Shown: piece by piece, positions 10,829 to 23,050 of the stretch
How positions within the stretch are numbered: position 1 is the first letter of the stretch
Layout: each line of letters starts with the position of its first letter
Source: Adineta vaga
Lineage: Eukaryota; Animalia; Rotifera
DNA length: 64,000 nucleotides
Direction of reading: 5' to 3'
Assembly: GCA_021613535.1 (NCBI GenBank)
Contig: CP075493.1
Span: 8,990,001-9,054,000, forward strand
Notes under the pieces: model-generated
The model's input: the letters and a program-made list of their open reading frames with translations, nothing else
What the model was told of the DNA's origin: nothing
Databases searched by the model: none
Translations under genes and position numbers: made by a program

Positions 10829-12482
10829 TTAATTAAAATCAACAGATTCTCCCATTGCTTGCAATTTTCTAGCAGCATTGACATCATTTTTCAATTCTTC
10901 AAAATCGCGTTTGAGTTTAGCACGTCGATTTTGAAACCACTAAAATCAATACAAATAGAATTATTAATAAAAAAACAAACTCGAACAAACTTACTGTTAT
11001 AACTTGAGCAGGTGAAAGTTGTAATTCGGTCGCGATTTGATCACGATCATTTGGTGTTAAATATCGTTGATGTGCAAAACGTTTTTCCAATGCATAGATT
11101 TGTTGAGCACTAAATGCCGTTCGATTTTTACGTCTTTTTCTTTTATGTAATTCATGAGTTAATTTTAATGAAATTTCCGAATCCAATGGATCTATAATCA
11201 ATACAAACAACAATAGAAGAAAGTTTTTCTTTTTTTAAACAGATGTTAGATGAGAAATGACAAATGAGCTCAACAATCGATGACGCACATCGAACAGAAA
11301 GAAAGTCTATCAGCAGAAGCTAATCATATTTGTTGATAGAAAAAAATACTCTTCTTTCAATGATCTATGTTCTAAACAGTGGTGATAATCATATATCAAA
11401 TTGATCGATATCAAATCAACATTGAAGAAGAAGAAGAAGAAAAAGAGAAAAGAAGATGAACAAAGTGTGATATCCAATTATGAAGAAGAATATTTATAGA
11501 TATACATTCTAAGATATGCCGAAAGAAACAATTAATTTGTGCCATGTAGATCGATTAATGATGAGACTTATTTCTATGAAGACGACGAATACTCGTTTGT
11601 CATCATCATTCGTCTGTTGTTCTAGTCCAAACAGTTGTAATTGGTATACATGTGTTTGAAGTAACTGTTTTTATTCTTTCAACAAGATTAAATATAAATA
11701 GATGTATATAAAACAATACCAAATGCTTCATTTCAATCTCAATTCATTCGTTTCGCCGTATTACCAAAGATAAAACGAATAGACAAGACTCACGTGTAGA
11801 GATTGAAAAGGCAAGAAAAAGAAGAAAAAAGATGAACTTCTATTGATTATCGGGAGTACATGTCAGACAATTGACCTTTAAAAAAAATTCGATAATCAAT
11901 TGGACACAAATTGAAAAATATTTAATGGACCGTAAATTAGATAACAAAAAGGACTTGTTAGAATGATTAAATATCTTTTAGATTCATTTTTTTTCTAAAG
12001 ATCAATGATGCTTAGACAAAATTTACACATATGAAAATAAATTGGCTAATAACCAATAGAAAAAAAAGCAGCAAATTTCATTGTTACTCATCGTTATTCA
12101 TTCTTGTCTTTTATAAGTATTCAAAATTGATCAATAACTTACTCATACTAGATTTATCGAATGTTTTCTTCGTCATTTCAAAGAGCGCATCTAATGGTGA
12201 ATTTTGTGCATCAAAATTCAATCGATGATGGCCACCATTACGTAGAGTTGTTGTTGCTGCTGCTGATGTTGTTGTTGTTGTTGTTGTTGTCGTTGGTTTT
12301 GATAGTAATAACGAACTTGGTCGTAAAGGAATGGGATATAATGGATGTTTGAAATATCGACGAAGATCGATCGGTGTAGTAAGAAAAACTTCTCCAGTAT
12401 CATTACTTTCATCTGAAGATGTTGAATCACCATTTTCCGAAAGAATATCTTTGATTAGAAAAGATTTTGATGTTGATGACAT
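10829..12482 (-). CDS. Lbx: Ladybird-class (Lbx) homeobox transcription factor
   Basis: Exon 1 has eh1-like SFLIKDIL and Lbx motif SPLDALFEMTKKTF. Homeodomain KRRKNRTAFSAQQIYALEKRFAHQRYLTPNDRDQIATELQLSPAQVIT|WFQNRRAKLKRDFEELKNDV (T at position 47, Lbx-type C-terminal extension). Exons about 12482-12143/12149, 11191-10995, 10939-10829. Confidence 0.93.
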
Positions 12483-13110
12483 TGATAATAATAGTTTAAC
12501 TAAAGACGATACCACTCGCCAACAAACTAATGATAATTTGAGAGGAAGCCAATCAACGTTAAATATCATTTTCTCTCTCCCTCTCTTTCTTTCTCTTTAC
12601 CGCTTCTTCGTTCGTCTCATATAACATACAAAAGTGATAAATGAGAATTTGCACGAATAGGAAGCAGAACAGAGAGAAAAATAGAACAGAAAAAGAAACA
12701 AATATGGATGATAATTAACTTTCTACGTAGTACAAGAGCAAGAAAATCGTACAGTTACTTGCTCGCGTCAATATGCTATAGATATTTAGCAATTGTAAAC
12801 TAAACTAAATTTCGATGTTTATGAAGAAAAAATTGTATATAAAATCCATTGATTGGTCAGTTAGATATTCTTGAAATACTTTCTTCATTTTATATTTTAT
12901 ATTTTGTTTGCATTAGCACGAAAGAAATCCATTCTCTATCTTCGAAATGCGTGTTAAAATGAATCAATGAACTATTTCAAGAGTAGTTTTTTAAATCGAT
13001 TTTATTCGGATTAAAATATGAAACTTCTACATATTATATTCTCTAAAAAAGAATCTTGTTTTTTCACATCTGACAATCCAACAAACATGAAAAATATGAT
13101 TTTCACTCTT

Positions 13111-13898
13111 TTAAACATCATTAAATGATGGTAAACCAAACATAATCGGATCAAATTTTAAAAGACTATCCAAAGTAACAGATGCTTGTTTTATAATCTT
13201 TGGATCGTAAATATTGATTGGTAAACTGGGTACAAATACTACTCTCATTTCTGCAGCAAGACCAGCACGAACACCATTTTCAGCATCTTCAAATACTAAA
13301 CATTGACTCATAGAAAGTGGTGGATTAGTAAATTGTTTAGCGCAAGCAAGAAAAATGTCTGGTGCTGGTTTAGTTAAACGTAATTCTGTTGGTTCTGTGC
13401 AAATGACTGGATCGAATATTTTAAATAATTCAGTATGATTACTCGTTTTGAGTTTATACAATTCATAAGAAGATCCTGTTGCAATTCCTAAGCAAGAAAA
13501 TTCATATGAAGTGAAAAGGATTTATTCAAAAGTTACCCATAGGAATATTATGAGCAGCTAAATGTTCAATAAGACGTTGAACACCAGGAAGAAGTTCTGA
13601 TGAAGGAAATGCTTCCATATAAAACGCATTAGATTTGATTAGAAATTCTTCATCAGTCATTGGTAAATCTAATTCACCTACAAAACAATTCTCTAAGATA
13701 TTATATCTTATATCTTCATAACTTACGAATTAATATTCGTCCAGCTTCTAATGATGATTTTCCCATCATTTTCAATTTTGTTTCTGTAGTAAAATTTTTT
13801 CCATAAGGTGTACATAATTTTTGTAAACATTCAGTATAGATTGATTCAGTGTCTAATAATAAACCATCCAAATCGAAGATACAATGTGTAATACTCAT
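13111..13898 (-). CDS. PUDP: HAD-family pseudouridine-5'-phosphatase (PUDP/HDHD1/GS1-like)
   Basis: HAD motif I IFDLDGLLLDTE, motif II IATGS, KPAPDIFL, motif IV CLVFEDAENGV, C-terminal FGLPSF. Three exons splice in frame. Confidence 0.92.
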
Positions 13899-14099
13899 TA
13901 TTTCTATACGAATCGGAATTCAAAAACGAAGTTTTTATCTAAAACTTAGATTTTTATTAGATGACTTTAAAATGGAATGCAATAATGATTAGATCAGCAC
14001 CATGACTTTTTACTGTATGTTAAGATAAGGATATGACGATGAAATGAGGAACAAAAAAAACCGTTTCTTTTCTTTTTTATGAAAGACAAAAGGTAACTA

Positions 14100-15690
14100 T
14101 TAGATTGATTCATAACCAGGCATTGGAAATTTTGATGCAAAATTTTCGATTTCGTCTTTTAATTCATCAAGTTTCTTTGCATGTTGATCTAATTTCATAT
14201 TTGCTTTAAAATCTTTGAGCATTTGATTTGGATCGCTTTGATTGATTTCTAATGCAATTTGTATGGCACGATCGATGAATGTAGCCACTTGAATAATATC
14301 ATTTTCCCGGAAACCACGTGTTGTTAATGCTGGTGTGCCAAAACGAATACCTGATGGTTTCAAAGCAGATTTATCACCTGGACATGTATTCTTATTCACA
14401 GCAATAGAAACAACTTCTAATACACGTTCAACTTTAGCACCATCGAGACCTTTAGGACGTAAATCAAGTAATGCTAAATGTGTATCGGTACCACCAGCAA
14501 CAAATGTATAGCCTTTATCTGCAAGTGTTTGAACAAGTTGTTTAGCATTTTTCACTACTTGTTGAGCATAATCTTTGAATTCTTCGGATGCAACTTGTTT
14601 TAAAGCAACAGCAATAGCACCAATAGCATTGTTATGTGGACCACCTAAAGAAAACAATTTATTTGTCGAAAGAAATGTCATTAAATAAATCTAACCTTGT
14701 AATCCAGGAAAGATTGCTTCATTAATTTTTTTTTCATATTCATACATCTGTACTGAATTATCTGTTTTATTGATAACTTGTGGTCGTTTAGGTCCTTTAC
14801 GATAGAAAATCATAGCTGCTCTTGGTCCACGTAAACTTTTATGTGTTGTCGTTGTTACAATATCTGCATATGGAAATGGATCAGTAACAACTTTGGCTGC
14901 AACAAGACCACTAACATGTGCCATATCAGCAAGTAAAATAGCACCAACATCATCACAGACTTGTCGAAATTTATCATATTCCAAATTACGTGAATAGCAT
15001 GATATACCAGCAATAATAATTTTTGGACGAAAAAGTTTAGCTGTACGAGCTAATTCTTCATAATCGATTAATCCTGTTTGTGGATTGACTTTATAAGGCA
15101 TATTTTCAAAGTAGACACTAGTAAAAGAGATTTTTTTTGATGGTGTTGCATAACCATGACTAAGATGACCACCATCTGGTAAATCTAAACCCATGATACG
15201 ACTGTGAGGTTCAAGAAGTGCGGAATAAACAGCAAAATTTGCTGGACAACCAGATAATGGTTGAACATTAACACCCCATTCATTGTCATTAAGACCAAAT
15301 GCTGTTAATGCACGTTTTTGAGTCAAAGTTTCAATTTGATCAATAATTTCATTGCCACCATAATATCGAACACCAGGATAGCCCTATACATAAAAGAATA
15401 CTCTTCTGTATAGAAGAGATTGAAAAGAAAACGAAATTACAATCTTACTTCGCTGTATTTATTTGTTAAACATGAGCCAAGTGATTCTAAAACACCACGT
15501 GATGTAAAATTTTCCGATGCAATCATTTCTAAGCCACGAATCTAAATAGATTATTGAAAATAAATATGATGAAAATATTATACAAATTTACTTGTCGTTG
15601 TTTTTCTTTGCGAATTAATTCATACATTTCAGGATCACATTGTGCTAATGGTTCAGATAAAAAACTAGCCATTTTAGTATTTTCACTCAT
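14100..15690 (-). CDS. SHMT1: Serine hydroxymethyltransferase, likely cytosolic (no presequence)
   Basis: [14 protein letters not shown]|[25 protein letters not shown]-lysine motif [17 protein letters not shown]|[20 protein letters not shown]. Four exons. Confidence 0.96.
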
Positions 15691-17099
15691 GATATTGGTT
15701 CTATTTTATCTAAAAAATGCGATATATATATATAGAAAACTCTGTCTTGATTCTTTATACTATTAAAAGCCGTTAAAATGTACTTTAGTCTCTATTCTAA
15801 GGTTATCATATTTCATGGGATAACTGACATATTGTACCACTATGGTAGAAATAAACCATTGCCAACTGTTATCTTTCTAGTTTAAAATAATCAATTGACA
15901 TAATGTTTTGAACACAATAAATTCCATCGTAGAGCGAGGATTGAAGTCAATCAGTTTAAGCATCAATTTTAATAAATACATAAATTATGTAACTGATTTC
16001 TACGATGAAAACGACTGTTTCTACATCATTATGTCAAGTGTTTGATAAATTTGAATAAATAATACAGTCAATATTTGTATTACATTGTAATACTTGATTA
16101 GAGACAGCCGTGAAAGCAAGGTACAACCTCAAACGTATGATTCCCTCAATGAAAAAGATATGCTTTTGATTAAAAAAAAAAGAAATCATCGTACTAATCT
16201 GTATGTAATTTCTTTTCAATATAGTTAATCTTTTTTATCATATTCAAATCATAAAGACTACATACACAATGCATCTGCGACTGAAACAAAGAAAAAATTA
16301 ATAAGCTCAAATTCTAAAAGATAATAATAACGTGATCAAATGATTCTATATAAGATAGGTACAATTGAGATATATCACATACTTTGAAAGATAAAACTAA
16401 AAAAAACAAAATAGGATATTTTTTCTCTCTCATCTCGTGGTTATTATATTATCCATAAAATTCCGTATTATATTTGTTTGCTTTTATTATTGGTTTAATA
16501 TATACCAATAAGATTAAATCTATTGATATTTTAAAACGAATATGAATATCAAATACGATTGTCAACTGAATCAGTAGAATTTAAATCGGTAGTTAAGTTA
16601 ATAGATGCAAAAGCATTTTCTAACTATACTTGACTGAAGAGAAAGTTAAGATGTTCTAGTTAAGTCATACATGAATGTATTTGTTTGTTGGTTGTTCTTC
16701 ACTATGAAACACATTCATAATAATAAGTAATATATATATTCCTATGCGTTCTATTCTACTTTCTAGCACCAATAATAAGTTTATAAAGTCAATACAACTT
16801 GCAATAAATCATTTCGTATATCTTGAACAATATTAATAGTGAATTTCTGGAATTTTTATTGAAATGATCATGTTTTGTGATAGAATAACAATGATTCATT
16901 TAAATGCGTCATAATAACTATGGATTAAGAATTAACCTAAGTATTACTCTTCTAATCTCTGTTTTGAGTTCATATTCCTAAAGAGCACTGCGTGTCATTT
17001 GTGTGCATGATATTTTGAAGATGTCAGATGAAAATTCTAACATTTTATTCGCTTTGATGAATACTTAGAAATAATAATAGATACAACAAACACATCTAT

Positions 17100-17547
17100 C
17101 TAGCAAAAATATTGATAAGCTAAGTTTGACATAATAATCATGATAAAGATTAATTTTGATAGAAATATTCTGTCATTTCCATTGCAATAATCTGTTTGAC
17201 AACATACACTACTTGAAAATGTTCCAACTGTGTGTGATACTGCACAACGTTTTCTTGCACATCCTCGATAGACATTACCTAGAAATCAATTTGAAAATAT
17301 TATATATATATATATATATATATATTTGTTTTTTATTATTTTTACCAAGTGATACTGATTTCCAACAATAATATTCACAATCAATTATTTCGACATTTTC
17401 CGATGAATGATGATAGTTTTTTGATGATACACCATTATTGATAGTTTTACATTCGTCTGAAGCATCACATTTATAACAACGAATTGTATTTGTTATTAAT
17501 GGAAATAGAGTTAAGAAAATCACCAATATCCAAAAGAAATTCATCAT
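17100..17547 (-). CDS. Ly6/uPAR three-finger protein (quiver/sleepless-like), probably GPI-anchored
   Basis: Signal peptide, IRCYKC...C...DCEYYCWK|...RGCARKRC...CCQTDYCN, then a hydrophobic C-terminal tail. One intron containing a (TA)n tract. Confidence 0.85.
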
Positions 17548-18263
17548 CTAAAAGTACAGAAAGTAAACAAATACAAAGGTGCCTCGATCGGTGAATACAT
17601 GAAACATGTCAAGATAACTTGTCCTATTATTGAAAACGTTAACAATTGACATACATACTTTTGATGGCGTTATTCTTCGCTTAGAAAACTAAAGAATTCA
17701 AATATACAATGTTATTAATTGATTGATGACTTTCGTCAACGAAAGATATACTAAATTAATAAATAATCAAGTTGATTGTTTAGTTTTATTCATGGAATTT
17801 TCTCGTAAATTAAACACTATGCAGACTCTTCATTTCATATAATCGACATGATTGATTTATTATTATTTTTTCTCAATGAAATTGATTACTAACAAGTCTC
17901 TTGCCGTTTGTTCGAGAAACTAAGATACAAATAAGGAAGTCAGAAGAGATTCTTTTCTTTTCTTCTTCCATGTTTTTCCTGCCTAATTTCTTCTTCGTCT
18001 CGGCTACAATCTTTTTCTCTCTCATGTCTTCACCAATTTAGATATCGTCTGTAAGAGATAGTGTTGAATCAGCCATATAGTAGAATAAGAAAAAATTCAG
18101 AGAGAAGCAACAAAACATACACTTGAGTAATGGAATTTCTAAAAGGATTTACGATTACATAGCTTGTAGTCGTTTCTTTTTTTTCTAACGGAAACATATG
18201 CAAAGATATAAAAGTAGAGCAAACGAATGTTTCTTCGTATAGATTGATTAATCTATATTTATC

Positions 18264-19379
18264 ATGGGTAATACAACAACTACAAACAATTCTTTATCAG
18301 TACAATCATCATCATCATCATCGCCGTCATCGTCGTCAGTATCAGCATCACCGAAATCTTCAGAATGGACAATTCATCGACAAAATTCTGCAACAAAAGA
18401 AATTCATATAAGTACAAATCATGCCGATGGATTTCATTTTACTGGTGAAGTATTAACTGGTACAGTGAAAATTCCTCGATCATTTCTTCATCGTCATTTA
18501 AATAGTATTAAAAATCGGACACCATCTGAATTAGTTCATAAACGATCATTACGTAGTGCAATCATGATTGAACTAGTTGGTGATGCAACCTATTCTGCAG
18601 AAGTTGATACTGCTGCTGATAGTGATGGGCATGTAGCACATAATGTAAATCTCTGTCGAGAACGTTGTATAGTTACAGTAAATCAAAATCGAATAGCACC
18701 AGAAACAATCGTTCATTCATCTTCATCGCCGGATTCGATATCAACAGCAATTAGTCCATCACCAATTATTCATGGAACATTTCAAATTCATATTCCTGAA
18801 GATCTTCCACCATCATTAATAAATGAACGTTCACCATCGGTTGTTTATACATTAGAATTAAGTATATCATCGAGTCGTTCTCGTTATCAAATACCAATTA
18901 TACTCAGTTCACGAGGTTATATTCCACATCCAATGATCGATATTGAATTAAATGATAGTGCTGTGAATAGAAATGACATTCGTTTACGTGCTTATATAGC
19001 AAAACGTTTCTATCGACCTGGTGAACAAATTCCTGTTCGAATTAACTATTACAATCCTCATCAACGTTTTATTCGTTCAATAGCTGCTCGACTTTTACAA
19101 ATCTATCGTATACATAATGATCATAATCGTTTACAAATTGATGGAAAAGAATGGATATTTGATGCGTCAACGATGTCACCTCAACGAGAATGGACTGGTG
19201 AAGTAAGTTTACAACTAATCGATCAGCAATTGCAAGCCTCATATCCCACACATTATGTTGGTACTACACAAACAATCCAATGTGAATTACAATACTCAAT
19301 TCTTATTGAACTGATCGAGAAAAAAGGCGATGATATACATTTAACATTATCACCTATTCAAGTCACATATGAAAAATAG
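18264..19379 (+). CDS. Arrestin-fold (alpha-arrestin-like) protein, intronless
   Basis: Arrestin_N-like FTGEVLTGTV...IELVG...FQIHIPEDLPPS...VVYTL and Arrestin_C-like FYRPGEQIPVRINYYN...IQCELQY. MGN start; TATAAAAG near 18207. Confidence 0.8.
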   Translation: MGNTTTTNNSLSVQSSSSSSPSSSSVSASPKSSEWTIHRQNSATKEIHISTNHADGFHFTGEVLTGTVKIPRSFLHRHLNSIKNRTPSELVHKRSLRSAIMIELVGDATYSAEVDTAADSDGHVAHNVNLCRERCIVTVNQNRIAPETIVHSSSSPDSISTAISPSPIIHGTFQIHIPEDLPPSLINERSPSVVYTLELSISSSRSRYQIPIILSSRGYIPHPMIDIELNDSAVNRNDIRLRAYIAKRFYRPGEQIPVRINYYNPHQRFIRSIAARLLQIYRIHNDHNRLQIDGKEWIFDASTMSPQREWTGEVSLQLIDQQLQASYPTHYVGTTQTIQCELQYSILIELIEKKGDDIHLTLSPIQVTYEK

Positions 19380-20168
19380 GATTTCAAATATTTCTTTTTC
19401 TTTTCTATTTAATTTGTTTATGTTAAAACATGAACAATATACGTTTCTTTATATTAAACACGCATGTTCGTCGTAAAAGCAGTTTGTTTATTTCTTTTTC
19501 TGCATCATCAAATACACATATTTTACATTTTTATTTGACTGGATAGTATCAGTTATAAAATCAGACATGACTTTTTCAAGGACATATAAAAAGATTTAAT
19601 CATTAGCTATACATTTCCTTTTCTTTTTCAAATTTTTTTCTATGTACATTTACTTGTGCATGTATATACGAATTAAGAGATTATTTCCGACTAATTGTCC
19701 TGATAAATAACAAGAAACGTCTGCGTAGGTTAATATATGACTTGGTTTCATCAATATCGATATCGATACACTAGCATACAGGCTTGGTTGTCGAACGAGA
19801 CGGTGACGTCTATAAAATAGAGAAGCGAAATAAATGAATAGTACGCACGTGGTTATATACACGAATGTGACATTTTTTTTCTCTTTTTCTTACCTGTAAA
19901 AAGATTATTTCCTCAATTTTCTATTGCTCGGTGAATTGATCAGTCAATCTTATAACGGTGTAGCAAAAGAAAAAGTACTTCATAATTCGTGAATAGAAGA
20001 TCGACAGCGTAAGTCATAAAGAAAAATCTTACTATCACGAGTTAAATGACAACAACATCAATTATAAAAGAAGAAAAGGCAACAGTAGGAGAAACACGCA
20101 TACAATATTTTTTTACAATTATTTATAACATTTCTTTTAGCTGTTTCAATTACATAAAACTAGCAAAT

Positions 20169-22541
20169 ATGAATGTTTCATCAAATTACGTTTTACCAAC
20201 CCTTCATTTTGATAATGAGACATTTACTTTAAAAGAATTTTTGGCAAATTCAAATAGTAACAGATACAAATTACCCATTGTAGTTAATATAACTTCATTG
20301 AATAATTATGGACGATCGGTAAAAAATATTTTAACCAAAAATACGCCTCTTGTTCTATTAGAAATCGATCAACTTGATTCCGTAATTGCCGATTACTATA
20401 GTTCACCAGATGGACGTGCTCATTCGCAGCGTAATCGATTACCATTACCATTATCGCACAATAAAATGGTTTCGAAATCGACTGCTAAAATTCGCAATAT
20501 AAAAAATCTTTCAAAATCAGTAGCTAATTTATCTGCAGGAAATCAAATTAATAATATAAATGGTCATGATTATCCCGATGATGATGACGACGATGATAAT
20601 GCTTATAATCTACGAGCATTTCTCAAACTTTTAAATGAAAAACGTTCGTCATCAGTTTCTATATGTCGTATACCAGTACAGTATTCTAGTTTTTTCGAAT
20701 TACTCAATGCAAATGGCGAATCTGTTAAACCGTATACGAAACTAAGTGATTTATCTGAAATCGAATCTGATCATGAAACTTCTGATAAACATACAGAAAA
20801 AACTCCGGTTAGTATATTTCTTCGAAGTTCTTGTAAAACATATATGGAGAAAAAAATGCCAGATTATTTACGTTTAACGACAAATGAAAATAATTCTAAT
20901 CTTACGGCTAGTGTCGATTCATGTTATGGGTCATCATCGGAATTAGATTCGTACAAAAATGCCATTCTATTAGATGAAATTCCAGAAATACTCTCAGCAG
21001 GAGAAACAATAGTTCTTCTCGATAATTGTTATGCTCGTCGTATACGTACAATAGGTGAAGAAACAGACCAACGTCGACCAATAGCACCATCATCTCCACA
21101 TTTTTCACCAGTTTCTTGGATGAGAGCAACATCGAAATTATTCTCATCAAAAAAACATCGCAGTTCAAATGCGAGTAGTTCTCCATCAAACGAAAATATA
21201 TATACGGCAACAACTTTCGAAACATTTGAACATTATATGAAATGTCAAACTAAACAAGGTAGTATTGTGTATATAGCCATCGACGAACCCATTCTTTTCA
21301 GTCCGCTCACTTGTCAAAGTAAAAAATCACGAACAAAAGCATCATTTAATTATATTGATACATCAGATGTTTTTAAAATCAAAGATTTACTTTCAAACTT
21401 TCGTTTTCCAATCGATGTTCGTCTTTTGGATGGTTCACTTTCGTTTGAAAATATTTACACACCTGCCGTTTTCAATCGACTAGATAATTCTCATCTAACA
21501 CCCAACAAATTTCGTTTACTTGGATCACATAATGAACGTGTTATTTTCGTTTGTCCTCTAAATAAAGTAGCATTAAAAGCTTCGAAAAGTCCAATATCTT
21601 TTGTCGTTATTCCATTATCAATCAATGCTGACATTGAAATTCAACCGGCTATAAATATGAGTCAGATTGAAAACTCTGTTGGCTTCGATCGAATTGTATC
21701 TGAATGTTCGCAGATAATCAAATATTATAAAAATGAAATTATTCTTGTGCATTTTCCTCTTTCACTAACAGTCGATATAAATCAAGACAAACAAGCATTG
21801 TATAAAAAACGTTCACAATCAGAATCATTTGCTGAATTTTTCGAAGAAGATCTCGAATCGGAATTTCAACAACCTGCTCAACTATTGCAAGATTATCGTC
21901 AGCGTCGTCGTCATTCGGATGAAGCATCATACATGACTGCTTGTTCCCTACATAATCAAGATAGTGAGAATACACTTCAACAAAAACCATCACTCGATAC
22001 TGTTCGACAGCAATCAAAAAATCGACGTTCAGGTCAACATGTTAGAATCAAAGATCAAAGAAAAAACCGAGATTCTGAAAGTTTAAATCCAACTGTGGAA
22101 GATCAAATTTATCAAGATGTAGACAAAATTTATGATTATATTCGCACTGGTGATAAGACAGAAGAAGTAAGAGAGATTATAGCAAAAGAACCACATTATG
22201 AAAATGTTCATACACGAAATGCAGCAATCAATGTGAGTTTGTTTGTTTCTAGAATTAAAATTTTATACGATTTTTTTTCTTATATTAAGAAATTCAATCC
22301 ATGTACATCAGCGATATGTCTTAGTCCTGGAAAAATGGTAACCCATCGATTTTCTCCAAAAGTGACTGATTCTCGTCGACAAGGTGAACCATCTGGTGAT
22401 GGTGATGATGACGGTAATATCGATAATGAACGAGCACGTGATCTCTACATAGCACAAAAACAGCGTAAAAAAGCTCAATCGCAACAAGATTTATCTCATT
22501 CGCATTCAGTAACGAAAATGAAAAAGATCAGTAAACATTGA
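20169..22541 (+). CDS. CABIT-domain-like (THEMIS/GAREM/Serrano type) signalling adaptor
   Basis: Two CABIT-like starts (FTLKEFL...YKLPIVVNI; FKIKDLLSNFRFPIDVRL) and RIPVQYSSFFEL. 5'UTR intron 20010-20140 removes the ORF-track ATG at 20046. In-frame 57-nt intron 22233-22289. Confidence 0.62.
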   Translation: MNVSSNYVLPTLHFDNETFTLKEFLANSNSNRYKLPIVVNITSLNNYGRSVKNILTKNTPLVLLEIDQLDSVIADYYSSPDGRAHSQRNRLPLPLSHNKMVSKSTAKIRNIKNLSKSVANLSAGNQINNINGHDYPDDDDDDDNAYNLRAFLKLLNEKRSSSVSICRIPVQYSSFFELLNANGESVKPYTKLSDLSEIESDHETSDKHTEKTPVSIFLRSSCKTYMEKKMPDYLRLTTNENNSNLTASVDSCYGSSSELDSYKNAILLDEIPEILSAGETIVLLDNCYARRIRTIGEETDQRRPIAPSSPHFSPVSWMRATSKLFSSKKHRSSNASSSPSNENIYTATTFETFEHYMKCQTKQGSIVYIAIDEPILFSPLTCQSKKSRTKASFNYIDTSDVFKIKDLLSNFRFPIDVRLLDGSLSFENIYTPAVFNRLDNSHLTPNKFRLLGSHNERVIFVCPLNKVALKASKSPISFVVIPLSINADIEIQPAINMSQIENSVGFDRIVSECSQIIKYYKNEIILVHFPLSLTVDINQDKQALYKKRSQSESFAEFFEEDLESEFQQPAQLLQDYRQRRRHSDEASYMTACSLHNQDSENTLQQKPSLDTVRQQSKNRRSGQHVRIKDQRKNRDSESLNPTVEDQIYQDVDKIYDYIRTGDKTEEVREIIAKEPHYENVHTRNAAINVSLFVSRIKILYDFFSYIKKFNPCTSAICLSPGKMVTHRFSPKVTDSRRQGEPSGDGDDDGNIDNERARDLYIAQKQRKKAQSQQDLSHSHSVTKMKKISKH

Positions 22542-23050
22542 ATATTAATCGATCTGTAGATGTTTCAGAATAAACTTGTTGAAAATATGATCCTATCATA
22601 GTGCTAAAAACAATATTTATAAAGCTGAATAACAAAAAAGTGTGACACGCCCCTTCTCAACGAAACCTATAATGATAAATCAAAATAATTACATATCACA
22701 TCGAATATTCATTATGAATTATGATTTTCAATAGGGGTTCTCAAATACTTTGTATCGTTATTATCAATAGTAAAGGTAAAAACATAGTTTGCGTCATACG
22801 AATGATCGAAGATTTTATACATTATAGTAATCTTACTGTAAGACGAAATGTGCGCAGTTTCCACCTTTTCTTATCTAGTTGAATTACGCAACTGAAAATT
22901 ACAAAGAAAAAACATAAATACATATACAGAATTGAATATCTTAGTTTTTCTTTGTTATCATTTAAAATGCCAGACGCTTGAATATGAACAAAAAATAACA
23001 ATAACCAAAACTGAAAGAAAAGAAAAGATTAAAACAGTTTAAATTTATAT

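Noticed and set aside
20046-20168. ORF-track N-terminal extension of the CABIT-like protein
   Set aside because: The ATG lies inside a GTAAGT...TTTTAG 5'UTR intron (20010-20140).
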